This document shows positions 1 to 12,205 of a stretch of 64,000 bases of DNA, piece after piece. A model generated the notes under the pieces. The model searched no databases. It was not told the origin of the DNA and saw nothing but the letters and a program-made list of their open reading frames with translations. Source of the stretch: Octopus vulgaris (taxonomy: Eukaryota); contig CATOCA020000001.1 in assembly GCA_951406725.2 (NCBI GenBank), forward strand, positions 6,324,001-6,388,000, written 5' to 3'. A program made the translations under genes and the position numbers. The number at the start of each line of letters is the position of its first letter. Position 1 is the first letter of the stretch.

Positions 1-110
1 CACCAGGGTCGACTTTGTCTTTTACCCTTACGGGATCGATAAAATAAGTACCACTGGGGTCTATGTAATCGAACTACCCCCGCCCAAAATAGCTGCCAAA
101 ATTTGAAATC
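1..110 (+). mobile_element. 3' part of tRNA-derived SINE with Nin/Deu-like central domain (family A)
   Basis: GTCGACTTTGTCTTTTACCCTTACGGGATCGATAAAATAAGTACC matches the copies at 1183 and 35480. Confidence 0.75.
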
Positions 111-901
111 AGCATTATTCAAAGATTTAAAGATTCTTGTAAGTTCCAGAATTTCACAAAATAATTGTAGCAAAGAAAGTACATACCTAGATACAGCCAA
201 TATAATCTATCAGTGATTCTGTTGGATTCAGGCTAATACTATTTATTCAATTTTATGATTACTGTAGAGCTATATATCTTGCTAGTACATGATGGTCATC
301 CTGGGATTTCACTCATCACAGACTATGTAACACGGTCTCTCTTCTCTCATTTCTACCACGTCATTCCACAGGTTAAGCAACTAACTTGATCCTCCCAGAG
401 GCTGAGCTTTATTAGTTTTAAGACAAGACCAACTGGTGGAATCACTCAAATCTGTGCATATGTAGGAAAATATACATAAATCCATTGCTGCCGCTGTTGC
501 TACTGATGTCTATGGTGGCGAAATATTAGCAACTAATTCCCCCATTCAACTTGAACTAACAACTTGGCTCCTTAATGCTGCATCACTTACACCGTTCCAA
601 CTAATCTTGTATTGAATAATCATAAAAACAAGAAATTATTGTAAATAAAAACAGATACAGGAATATTGTTTTTATATCTGAACTCTAGTTAGAAAATATT
701 TGACATTAGTTTTGAGGATAGGGATCAGGAGTAAATAATAGATTTCTCCCCCAAATGCAAGACACCATTTATCCTTCTTTCACTAAATTATGAGTTCAAA
801 TCACGACCAGTTCGAAGGTTTCTTATATTCCTCTGAGACTGATGAAATTCTCCTCAGAATAAATAAACTCGACTGACAATATTTAACATTTATTTTTTCA
901 G

Positions 902-1071
902 TTCTTCCAGAACGATGGGGCATCCAAAAATGGCATCAAGTCAAAACTTGTCATCACAAAAGTGTTCACCGTTTACTGGTATCTGGCAAGAACCAGACAT
1001 GTCTCAATGTTGCAATGCAGAACAGACCACTCAAGGACTAAAGGATATCGAAAGCAAATGCATTGATGTTG
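902..1071 (+). pseudogene. Isolated frameshifted exon resembling an adhesion-GPCR hormone-receptor (HormR) domain
   Basis: Polypyrimidine-CAG acceptor at 901 and GTGAGT donor at 1072; LPERWGIQKW in one frame then QKCSPFTGIWQEPDMSQC (C-x4-G-x-W-x2-PD-x-S-x-C) in another; 170 nt. Confidence 0.55.
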
Positions 1072-1182
1072 GTGAGTGAGCAAATGTTTTTGAATGACTT
1101 TTACAGTAGTAGAAGTAGCAGGATGAGAAGTAATTTTTGTGAGTGATTTTCTGTCTGTTTAACAATATTAATCCTTAAATTA

Positions 1183-1391
1183 GGCGGTAAGCTGGCAGAA
1201 TCGTTAGTAGTCGGGAGAAATGCTTTGCATTATTTCGTCCGTCTTTACGTTCTGAGTTCAAATTCCGCCGAGATTGACTTTGCTTTTCATAATTTCTGTG
1301 TCGATAAAATAAGCGCAAGTTGAGCTCTGGGTCAATGTAATCAACTTCACCCCTACACCGAATCTGCTGGTCACGTACCACTATTTGAAAC
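1183..1391 (+). mobile_element. SINE family A, near full length
   Basis: Head GGCGGTAAGCTGGCAGAATCGTTAG, B-box GAGTTCAAATTCC, GACTTTGCTTTTCAT core. Confidence 0.85.
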
Positions 1392-1492
1392 CTGTATTGT
1401 TCCTTTGATTATGCCCTTTTATTTACACGATTTAGTTATTTCATGTTCATTTTATTCATCGTTTACAATGTTCTTTCTCCCACACTTTCTCG

Positions 1493-1533
<41 letters not shown>

Positions 1534-1589
1534 ACATACACACGGAATCAAACACCACGACACGAAGGAAAAGAGTAAAAGAGAGCACA

Positions 1590-2110
1590 TTTGGCGAGTG
1601 AGCAAAATATGGGTTTGAAAGCTGAACGTCAGAAACATAATTTCGGCGATAAACTTGCACGCAGTCGCAATAGTTCGGTATGAAGCTGCAAAACTAAAGT
1701 GGACTGAGGAGAAGCTAAAGGAGATGGACAGGAAGTCAAGAAAGGTCCTAACGATGTATGGAGCCCATCATCCACGTGCAGACATTGATCGCCGATACAC
1801 GAAGAGAACGAATGGAGAAAGAAGACTGACAGTTGTGCGTATCGAACTCGAGGGCTTAATGTGATACCGAGCCCAAAGTAAGGAAACCTTGCTAGTGACA
1901 GTTAGGAATGAGGGAGTATTGAAAGCAGGAAAAACGAAGGAAGAAATTCAAAAAGAAATGAAAAGGAATGACGCAAGAAGGGAGTACATAATCAATTTCC
2001 ATATAACAAAAAATAGGTGGGAAGGCTGATGAAAGGAATTCTAAAGAAAGAGACCGAGAACACTATATTGGCAGCGCAAGAGTAAGCTTTGGCCACAAAC
2101 TGGAGGGTCG
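1590..2110 (+). mobile_element. Degraded Dong/R4-type non-LTR retrotransposon fragment
   Basis: ORF 1655-1864 (WTEEKLKEMDRKSRKVLTMYGAHHPRADIDR) and LKKETENTILAAQE align with the elements at 19878 and 21560. Confidence 0.8.
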
Positions 2111-2822
2111 ACATTAGAATGAGCAAGTGTCCAGGAACTCCCACAAAGCAAGCTTCAAGGAACTCCTACAAAACCTGTGATAAAGAGAAATAATAATAAT
2201 CAAAATCAAGAAGAATGTGTACAGCTGGAAAAAGAAAAGCTTAGCCGAGTATTTACAGAGCAGCACAGAAAAAAACTACTAAAGACTGAATAAAAAGGCA
2301 GGAAGAAGCAGTCTTCTCTTGCTATATTTCAAATGAAAAGGCCTGCAAGTGAAACTGTGGCTAAAAAGCCTAAATTATGAGAAAAGGCCAGAAATTGTTC
2401 TTCCTGAAATTTTCATTGAAAGCGATTCTCCTTCCAAACGATAATATCCCACTTCCTTGCACACAATGTATCCCTCGCACACAGGGTAATCAAACTAATA
2501 AAAACCAGTTTAGATATTTCTTTTGCGTTCAATTTTACTGTGCTTTTATAATTATCATTTTCCTTGTAACTGTAGGCTTTTTCTTTCAAAACCCATAGAA
2601 ATGGCCATTGGATGGTTTTGCGTTGCTGGAAAGGATCAATCATATTCTAATCAGTTTCAATTCATTTGTAAAACAAGTAAAGCGCGAAACGATGTCAAAC
2701 GTGGAACGAGTTAAAATCGTACTACGACGTATCACTGTATATGTGTATGCATGCATTCATGTAAATCCATATGGTAGGTGCTATGTATGCACATATCTGT
2801 TACATCTATATCGAGGTGTGGT

Positions 2823-2916
<94 letters not shown>

Positions 2917-3048
2917 TAAATTAGAGATAAAAACACTATTAGGCAAATCAAACAATGAAAAACATAAGCCAATACATAAAATTAATTAATTTATATTATT
3001 TTTAAAATATATCAAAAGTATTAAAAGTATAATAAAATATAACGAGTA

Positions 3049-3123
3049 AAACACTACGATCGTTTCATGGCTGTACAATTCGTAATAATTCGAGTTATAG
3101 TTACAGTCAATCTTCAGGTTAAT
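3049..3123 (-). ncRNA. Degenerate type I hammerhead ribozyme motif in AT-rich Penelope-like remnant (about 2915-3880)
   Basis: CUGAAGA, stem II UGACUGUA/UACAGCCA, GAAA-CGAUCG-UA; stem I weak. Confidence 0.45.
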
Positions 3124-3939
3124 TGAAATATCTAAAATATAATCAGAAATATTTAAACAATATTTTAAAAATATAAATAATATTATAATTTTACTTATAA
3201 TAAACTCTATTATCAAACTAGAAACATAAAACTTAACAATCATGATTATATCAAAATCGACTATAATGTTAAATATTAATTTTAATTTATAAGGTAGGAA
3301 ACCCACCAATAATCTAATATCGGTATTAGTCTATATCTAATTACATAAATATTTAAAAATGACTAATATATATAAATTATCAATGAAAATATATAAATGT
3401 ATATAAATATTAAGATCTAAAATAATCTTTATAAATAAATATATATGCACATATAATAAAAACCTAATAAATTAATTTTTCATATTTAAAGATGAAATAG
3501 CTAATTTCAAAATACAAATAAACAAACTTAAACGAACTTTCAGAAATCTTATGTAAAATACTTATAGAAATAATCAATTCGTAGTAATATAGTATCGAAT
3601 AAATACTATAAATACTATAAATATAATTATCAATGGGAATAACTAGCGAATATCAATTTCCTTTTGTTTCTAGAAACTACCAGACAGGAACGAAACGCAA
3701 GTTTAAAAATATAAACAATTCTTTATTCTCTTAATCAACAACGAAACACGATGGTATACTGGTATCCACCCAGTTCAAACACAGCAAGGCTGAATTCTAA
3801 CGTTTGTAAGCTTCTTACAACAATTCAGCATCAACAGAACAGGTTAAATCCTAAGCGTCTAAGGACAGGAGAATAGGCTGATCACACGTAAATATATATG
3901 TATATATTATATATATGTATACATGTATATATATATAAT

Positions 3940-4240
3940 AAAGGGTAAAGACCCCCTTCGGTCATGAATGACCATGGGATTGCACCTAGAAAGTTACCCT
4001 CCAGTCGCCCATGCATACCAGCCTCCCCTCTCCACGCCACCAGTGTTATCCAAGGGAAAGGCAAGGGCCGATACAGCTTGGCACCAGTGACGTCGCAACT
4101 CATTTCTACAGCTGAGTGAACTGGAGCAACGTGAAATAAAGTGTCTTGCTCAAGAACACAACACGCAGCCCGGTCCGGAATTCGAGCTCACAACCTCACG
4201 ATCGTAAGCTCGGCGCTCTAACCACTGAGCCATGCGCCTG
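3940..4240 (-). mobile_element. tRNA-derived SINE (family C)
   Basis: Minus strand head AGGCGCATGGCTCAGTGGTTAGAGCG...GCTCGAATTCC then TTGTGTTCTTGAGCAAGACACTTT; second copy at 50603. Confidence 0.85.
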
Positions 4241-4345
4241 CACATTGGTTAGAGATCGCCATGCGCGTTGCTCCAGTTCACTCAGCTGTAGAAATGAGTT
4301 GCGACGTCACCATGCGCACTGAGCCATGCGCACTGAGCCATCTTA

Positions 4346-6473
4346 TAGGCGTAGGAGTGGCTGTGTGGTAAGTAGCTTGCTTACCATTGTGCATGGGTGA
4401 GACAGAGTTATGTTTGCCACTGTTAGACGTGCTTTTGAAGTCGTCTTCAATTGAAGATTTTTGAAACTCAGCCGTAAGGTAAGATCTTTTGTGTCTAGTG
4501 GGGCTCTGTTGTCTGTCGCAATTATTTTTTACTAACAAGAAGGCCTCACTGGATTCTAGTCTACCTGTAGCTGAGTTAATATTTTTTCACTTAATTGCGA
4601 AAACTATTGGTTTGGTGGGCGTATCCTGCCGCAAAATTTTGTTTGAAAATAGTGTTTCAACAACATTGTTCTTGTCAAGGAGTACCAATGAGAAGAAAAT
4701 TGGAATGATTTTTTAACTGTTTTACAATTGCGTTTAAATTTTGGCCTGGAGTACCGAGGGGCCTTTGCTGTGTTTTGAACTGTTGCTTTTTCTTCAGCTA
4801 TCTTTTATTAAAAAAAACTCTCTCCTTCCTTTTTGTTTGAACTTTTTTCCTTTTCCTTATTTTCCCTTCATTATTTTATATTTTAAGAACTGTATTTTTG
4901 GACTTTCAAATAAGAAACATGACAAATAACAATGGAAAGTTGGTGGAGTGGGAAATTACACCACCCAAAAAATGGTTAAAAGAACTTGAAGCAAGACGGT
5001 GGTTTTGAGGACCTACTCTAGGACCCTCGACGCCATTGCCGTTCTCAGAAAGGATAGAATCGAAAGAGAGCGGGCAGAATTTAAGCCAGCGATTAAGTTT
5101 ATCCCTCGGGGGTCAAATACACAACCTTGTGGTTGCTGTTTGACTCCCCAGAAGTGGCTAGTGAATTTGCAAGCCAGCCCCTGGAAGGCAAGGAAATTTT
5201 GTTTCTTCTCACTTATTGTGAGAAGAAGTTGACGAAGGCTTGGGTTTGCGGCTACCGCCCGGAGTTGAGGCCGAGTGGATGGGAGATGCTATCTGCCGGA
5301 ATCTGGGTGGCAGTAGCACCAAGCTCCTGAACGTAAATATTCTGCCTGCGGATGACTGGGAGAAGTCAAATGCTGTTTTGACCCATGGACCCAGTCAGCC
5401 GAAAGTCTGGTATTTCCAGACTTTTTGAGAATGGCCGGGTCTAGGTATCCGGTGTTGCTTGAGGGACGCCCCTCCCCAAGTGTCATCGGTGCTTGAAGCC
5501 TGGCTATATAAAAAAGAACTGTTCTCAAGGGCAAAGCAAAGTCCTGGAGCGGTTGACGGAGACCTCTGTAGAAGGCGGCCGAGGAGACGGAGGACTCCTC
5601 AAAAAGAGCCGCAAAAGGAATAAGGTGAGCAATAATGGGTGCTCACCGATGGATCCTGGAGATAAGGGAGGGGAGGCGAATCTCCAGGTCACGTAGGAGA
5701 CGCACCATCCCCCAGTCGAGAAGAAAAAAAGAGGAAGAGGAGGAGAAACAGGACATTACCGGCAGTCGGAGACATGGCACCGGATGTCACGGAGCTTCGT
5801 CGGTTGTGCCAACGGAGGGGGAGACACAATTGGCGGAAATTGTGCCGCCAACGGTAAAATTGACCCCTTCGGACCTGGAGGACGAAGAACTGTTGATTTA
5901 CTTTTATAGAGGCGGAGAGGTGGAACAGGTAGTGAAAGAACACTACCAGAGAGTACCTTTGGCCTTCATACGGGATCCCGAATGGTCTCCGCAGATAGCT
6001 GTGGAGGTCATAACGTTGCACGTGTTTCAAAGTCTGGAGTGACTAAAAGAGGAATATCGCATGTGGCCGGGTGACGCCAAGTCGGAGCATGCCTTGATTT
6101 TAAAGCAAGCATGGGATATGGTGGAGCACACGGACACAAGCGATGATGTCGCAAGAAGTTCAATACCTCGTTTTGTTTATTATGTTGGAAAAGAATAGAA
6201 CTATGTTTTAGAGAAGCAGAAAATCTTTTCCATCAATATTATCCTTGTTTCACCATTCACCTCATCAATGTATATGTCCAGCCTGCAAGCTACTCTTTGT
6301 AATGCGTTTATGGCAAATCTTAATGAAATAAAGTAGCTTGCTTACCAACCACATGGTTACGGGTTCAGTCTCAATGCGTGGTACTTTGAATAAGTGTTTT
6401 CTACTATAGCCTCGGGCCAACCAAATCCTCGTGAGTGGATTTGGTTGACGGAAAGTGATCGAATCCCATCATA

Positions 6474-6475
<2 letters not shown>
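4346..6475 (+). mobile_element. tRNA-derived CORE-like SINE (family B) split by an insertion (pieces 4346-4386 and 6331-6475)
   Basis: The two halves join into the same head seen at 38103-38490 and 45745-46155. Confidence 0.85.
4387..6330 (+). mobile_element. ORF1-only non-LTR retroelement (HAL1/Tx1-ORF1-like), decayed, with 17-bp TSD
   Basis: AAGTAGCTTGCTTACCA at 4370-4386 and 6331-6347; broken ORF about 4919-6198 with zinc knuckle CHRCLKPGYIKKNC at 5481-5522; ends AATGAAATA(AA); no RT or endonuclease motifs seen. Confidence 0.75.
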
Positions 6476-6522
<47 letters not shown>

Positions 6523-7952
6523 TATATTTATATATAAGTGTGTATGTGATTAGGAACGTGTATTTTTATCTACGTATGTGGGTTTTATGTGCATTTATGA
6601 CCTTTGTCTCATTTATAAACGCAGCGATTATTTTCTATATCAATCCATAGGCTGGATCAAATCCTTCGTATTTCGTTTGATTTTAAAAATGTCCAACGAA
6701 TATAAAATCCCTGCTGAGAACATATCAAGAACCGTGAGTAGATATCTGCTCTCTCTCTCTCTCTTTCTCTGCACACTCACACATACACACACACTGACCA
6801 CGCGCACACATGCATACACATACATGCATATTTTATAGAAGAAATGCAATACGTTTAGTAGATAGTGATATCGATTTTGTTAAATGATAACAGGTATTTT
6901 AAAGTTTAGCCTGATCAGCTTAAACACATAAATACATACATATGTAAATACATGTTCAAATCAAATATACAGATAAGTATTATTTGCGGATTTATTTATT
7001 ATTTAATTCCCTACATATTCTGCTGCGAGCTGGAAGTCTTTTGTACGTCGAGCAAAATAATAAGCAGTAATTCGCCCCTCTTTATATTTTGAGTTCAAAT
7101 TCTACTGCAGCCGACTTTGCCTTTCATCCTTTAATTTTTTACTACACCTCTGTATGAGTATTTACTACACCTCTGTATGAGTATTTACTCCACTGCCAAG
7201 CTTTGTTGAGCTAGTGTGAGTTGTTAGGTTCATCGAACTAGTATACTCTCGAGGTCAAAACACGGCCTCCACATCAGGCAGGTTTGGTAGAGAGATTATA
7301 CTGAGACCTTCATTCTGCTGTGGACTGAACATCGGCAATCTAATGCAATCCATATGTTCATAATTTGTATGCATGTAAGTATATATAGACTTTTATACAG
7401 ACGTGTAAATACACTGAGACATGAACATGCAATAGACCGTAGTAAAAGAATGCGAATTAATTGTATTTGGGTTTCATGAAATTCAGACAATCAACTCCAT
7501 TTACTGATAGTAAATTATTACATAAACTTCTTTCTAACTTACTGACTTTTTGCTGGTCAATAAAAAGACTGTTCGATCCACTATTTTGTCTTTAAAAGAA
7601 GTTCACACAATGAACGACATCATTTATATATTCCGTGATATAATTTCCGATTCTGCAGTAAATGAAATCCCACTCAAATTATTCACTAATCCTGTCTTTA
7701 AAAACACACACACATGCGCGCGAACACACACACACACACATATGTACATATGTAACACACACATGGTACTTTTGGTAATATTCTCCTTCTCTCAACTTTT
7801 CCGTTTTCCTTTCCGACAAAGAGCTATGCTCGGAACGTTAAAAACGCTCTCTTTTCACCCACTTTACCGAGCGTCCAGCTAATATATTCCATGCGCATGT
7901 CCTCTTGTTTTTTGTTATTTTTATTTTTAATGTTCTACTCTTCAAATTTTAC

Positions 7953-8009
<57 letters not shown>

Positions 8010-8164
8010 CCTGTTCGCTTAGCCAGCGGGGTGGTGTCATTCGATGGCTAAGACAATGCGAACGCATTGTGACCAGCGATGTGTAACTACATCTGATGGA
8101 CTGGTCGGAAAGGAAATAGAAAAGAAAAAAAAATATATATATATGTATGTATATATGTATATAT

Positions 8165-8517
8165 TACAGATGAGAAAATAATTTTATTCTCAAACTCAGG
8201 ATAATGTTAATAATATAGAATGAACAGGATAAAAACTATCCTTATTTTGCAGAAAAATCTGTCGGCGACCAGTCATGAGACTTGAACTCACATCCCTGTG
8301 ATAACGCGTCTTATAAAGCTAGATTTATATATCCTAAATTTGCAGCAGAATTTGTCATTCGGGCAGCTTAGCTTAATGGTAAAGCACTTGACGCGTAATC
8401 TCAGGGATGTGAGTTTGAGTCTCAAAGCTAGCCGCAAAATATGGATATTTCATCCTGTTCATGCTATATTATTAGCATTATCCTGCGTTTGGAAGTAAAA
8501 TTATTTCCTTATCTGTA
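8165..8517. mobile_element. Fold-back (MITE-like) element with long imperfect inverted arms and a tRNA-like centre
   Basis: TACAGAT.../...ATCTGTA termini; arms about 140 bp; TAGCTTAATGGTAAAGC...GAGTTTGAGTC resembles Pol III A/B boxes. Confidence 0.7.
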
Positions 8518-9006
8518 TCTTTCAATACATCTCAACGCTTTTAAATCAAACTTTGTTTCTTGAATTTAATGTCTGCATATATATATATACACATCCGGCT
8601 TTTGCAGATGGAGCATGAGTTTTTAACCGTGACTGGAAAATTCAGAGTTGAATATCCTGGGTAAGCAAGAGCTTCTAACACATTTATTCAAATTTATTTG
8701 GTTTTGTTCCAAACATTCGATTTTATCGCATGTATTATACGTCACCATGATCAACAGTGTTTTACTTGTGACCCACAATATACTAATTCATACCTTCGAC
8801 GAAATGCTTAAGTGTTTTATCAATGTTTTATTATACAAAGGACAAACAAACCCATATAAAGATAAGAGAGAACTGTATATATATATATATATATACAGGG
8901 TGTCCCAAAAAATATATATAAATATATTGTATATATTTGTTATTCTTTGTAAGCCTATACTATATTCTATCGTTCTCTTTTGCCGAATATGTGTATATGG
9001 GATACC

Positions 9007-9062
<56 letters not shown>

Positions 9063-9307
9063 CATACATACCTTTATATCATAAATATATACACACACAA
9101 TATATATAGAAGGATAAGATCAATATTTAAATATCGATTTTATCAGGTGGCAGCATGGGAATAAAAACCATCAAAGGTAACAATTATTTAAAATTATAAT
9201 ATAGGGTAATAGCAGTCAAATCTTGACTCTAAAGCCACATTAAATGTTCATATAGCACCAGGAGAGAAGACGAAGAGACAAAATAGAATAGCAAACATTT
9301 CTGGATA

Positions 9308-9366
9308 ATTCCAGATCCCGGATTTCTGACTCTGCATAAGAAATGCTCTGCCTTCATCAGTGGAAT
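9308..9366 (-). ncRNA. Type I hammerhead ribozyme candidate
   Basis: AUUCCA-CUGAUGA-stem II-GAAA-UCCGGGA-UC-UGGAAU; perfect 6-bp stem I. Confidence 0.6.
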
Positions 9367-9438
9367 ATACTCAGAAAAGCAAATAAATACAAATATATAC
9401 ATATACAACATACGATATACTTACATATACGAACGTAT

Positions 9439-9495
<57 letters not shown>

Positions 9496-11329
9496 GTGTA
9501 TATATAAATTAGGGGCTATCAGCATTTAAGACCAACAGAAATAATTCACAATTCACTAAAGGTGACAAGAGTGCAGTGAGCACCAGCATTATTAGAAATA
9601 TTAGTCATAGACTATTTCGTTTTGGGATTTGGTTTGCAAGATTCTTTATATGAGTTCGTGTGTTGAAGCATATTCTGTTCTGTCTGGGAGAGCCATTTTT
9701 TTTTTGTGCCTTATAATTCCACACACTCACCGGTAACATTTCAACGTATTTCTTATTTTTCTTTTCCTAAAACTTTTCGTTGAGTCTTGCAAACTTTTAC
9801 CAGTGATTGTGTTAAATTATAGTCATAGACACCTTAGCCATAAAAACACATGGTGCATTGACAGGGGGGCAACATTCCCCACGGTAAGCCAGATGGATTA
9901 GATTAGCATGGTAATTTCTTATGGGAAGTTAATACTCATCAGCAATGCTCACTCCATTACGGCTGGTCGAGGCTAACTCACGCCTGTAAATATCATTGAG
10001 AATGACATAAAAATGAGTGATTGATTTCACAAAATGGCAATGTGAAGATTATAAAATAATTAAGGTGGCTAACACACATTTTAAAACCAACCAGGAAAAT
10101 TATATATATATAAAATGTATATAAAAATTTATACACGGAGGGAAGACCACCATGTGGATTTCTTACATGCTAAAGAGGGCAAGCCACGGTACTGGACGAA
10201 TATGTTCTTAACACTAACTTTTAGTCACCCGCTTGTAGTTCTAGCCTTCTTCACTAATTCTGTTCTCAACCATACTGAATGCGGTTTTTTTACCTATGAT
10301 GATCCAATCCTAAGCTATATTTGAATATAGAAATAATTGAAACAAAACAATTAATCTCTTTAAGTGTTCAAAGTCAACTGCGGCGCAATATCTCCCAAGT
10401 TTTGAACAAATTCCAGGCATTGCTCAACATGAATTTGCTTGATGAAAGTAAGTATCGTGTTTCTTCATTTTTCTAACACCATTACCGTCATAATTAGCTT
10501 CATCAATCACCATACCATCCTCTTCGTCGTTGTCGTCATCATCAACCACAACGGATGATATCTTAGGACACCCACGCGTGCACGCAAGCGCACAGACTCC
10601 CTCCCTCTCTCTCATACATACAACTATTCATTTACATTTTTTCAAAGCTTGGATAATTTCAATAAATCAGCATTTTATTTTGCGCTTTTCCGTTTCTTGT
10701 CCCTACGGAACGGTTTGTCTAACCGAGGGCAAAAATGTTTTCTTCTTATTTTGTATAGAAGTAGAAGATGCAGACTCTACTGGGCAGAATAATTCACACA
10801 ATTCCAGTACTTTCTTTAATTCACTCAGGAAAATTATTCAATGTTGCAAATAATTTTCCTCAGCGAAAATTCATTTTGTTCGAAGTGATCATATTAATTT
10901 TTGAATTAGGATCGATAGATACACACACAGCTTATACGCTTTAACTCATCTCTAAGAGATATAAAAGAGGAATAAATCACATCCCATTGCCGAACAATGA
11001 TATAATTTTTTTCACTCCGTTTCCATTCATTTCATTTTACCACTGCCAAATCAATATAAAGTCTATCTATTTCCAGCATAAAAGAGGTTTATGCGCATCC
11101 GGTCAGTATGTCTAAGTAGTGGTCAATATTGAGGAAATGCAACAATAGAGGCCGCGAAACAGACAGTAGCATTTTTACTAGTCAAATCCCGTAACAAATT
11201 ATATATTGCTCGGGAAAATGTAAAAATATATATACATATACACATACATATTTCGGGATGGTCATGTTATTTATTATTTAAAAAAAATATATAAATGAAT
11301 AAATATATGTGTGCATATATATATTGTGT

Positions 11330-11510
11330 GCCCAGGTAGAGTATACGGGGATCTCTACGTACAACAGTGTTCGGGCAAACAGATCACATTGGCATAATTT
11401 GAAGAAAGCTGTCAAAGTAGTTTCTCATGGATTCAGATCTACGTTTCGAGCATTGTCTTCTGTGAAATATACACGCTGGCCATTTTCAAGATGTACAGAT
11501 AGATTTTAGG
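11330..11510 (-). mobile_element. Helitron Rep/helicase coding fragment
   Basis: Translates LSVHLENGQRVYFTEDNA...TTLTAFFKLCQCDLFARTLLYVEIP with one stop. Confidence 0.8.
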
Positions 11511-11859
11511 AAAGTGTTCCTACATGTAAACAGGATGTGACCTTTGTGTTGACAGTGTATTTGTCTAAAAGCAGAACCGTTCCTTCCATCAGCGCTTGTC
11601 AATTGGCTGAAGTAACATGAAAGGCATCGTCATTCATGGTATATTCGTGAATAAGTCACAAACTGAAATACGTTGATCTATTGTTTAGGGAAATATTATT
11701 TACTTGTTTAAGGGTTGTACTGGATACATAGCGAAAACAGCTCTAACAGTTCAAATAGTAAGAAATAAACTATATATATATATATATACAAATTCATACT
11801 ATCCGGTAATTAATGTGCTTAAACTTTTATATTTTATGTTTTTTTCATTATGTTTCCAG

Positions 11860-11912
11860 GTTCAAGTACTGGTAATGGAACAGAGGATAGAACAGCAGAA
11901 ACAAACTTTTGA
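11860..11912 (+). other. Possible terminal coding exon (SSTGNGTEDRTAETNF*) of unassigned gene
   Basis: Strong TTTTTTTCATTATGTTTCCAG acceptor; phase-1 reading to TGA; AATAAA near 12412; no linking exons found. Confidence 0.3.
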
Positions 11913-11969
11913 GTGAAAATCGAAAAAGAGCCTCCAAGAATCGTCTTTGATGATATTTTATGCTATAAA

Positions 11970-12205
11970 ACGATATTTTCTGCATATATAATACAAATAA
12001 AATTTCCCATATATAATATAAAATAATATTTTCCATATATAATATAAAATAATATTTTCTCCATATATAATATGAAATATATATAATATAAATAATATTT
12101 TCTTAATATATAATACAAAATAATATTTTCTCCATATATAATAAAAATATTTTCTGTATATATAATAATATAAAATAATATTTTCTCCATATATAATATA
12201 AAATA
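11970..12205. repeat. AT-rich minisatellite, about 29-bp unit
   Basis: TATAATATAAAATAATATTTTCTCCATA-like unit repeated about 7 times. Confidence 0.85.

Noticed and set aside
187-470. Minus-strand segment ending in a GTATGT donor with YIGC and Cys/Trp motifs
   Set aside because: Interrupted by stops and too little similarity to assign
3940-4240. tRNA gene candidates in SINE heads (also 1183, 4346, 50603)
   Set aside because: A/B boxes run into SINE bodies; no complete cloverleaf with acceptor stem
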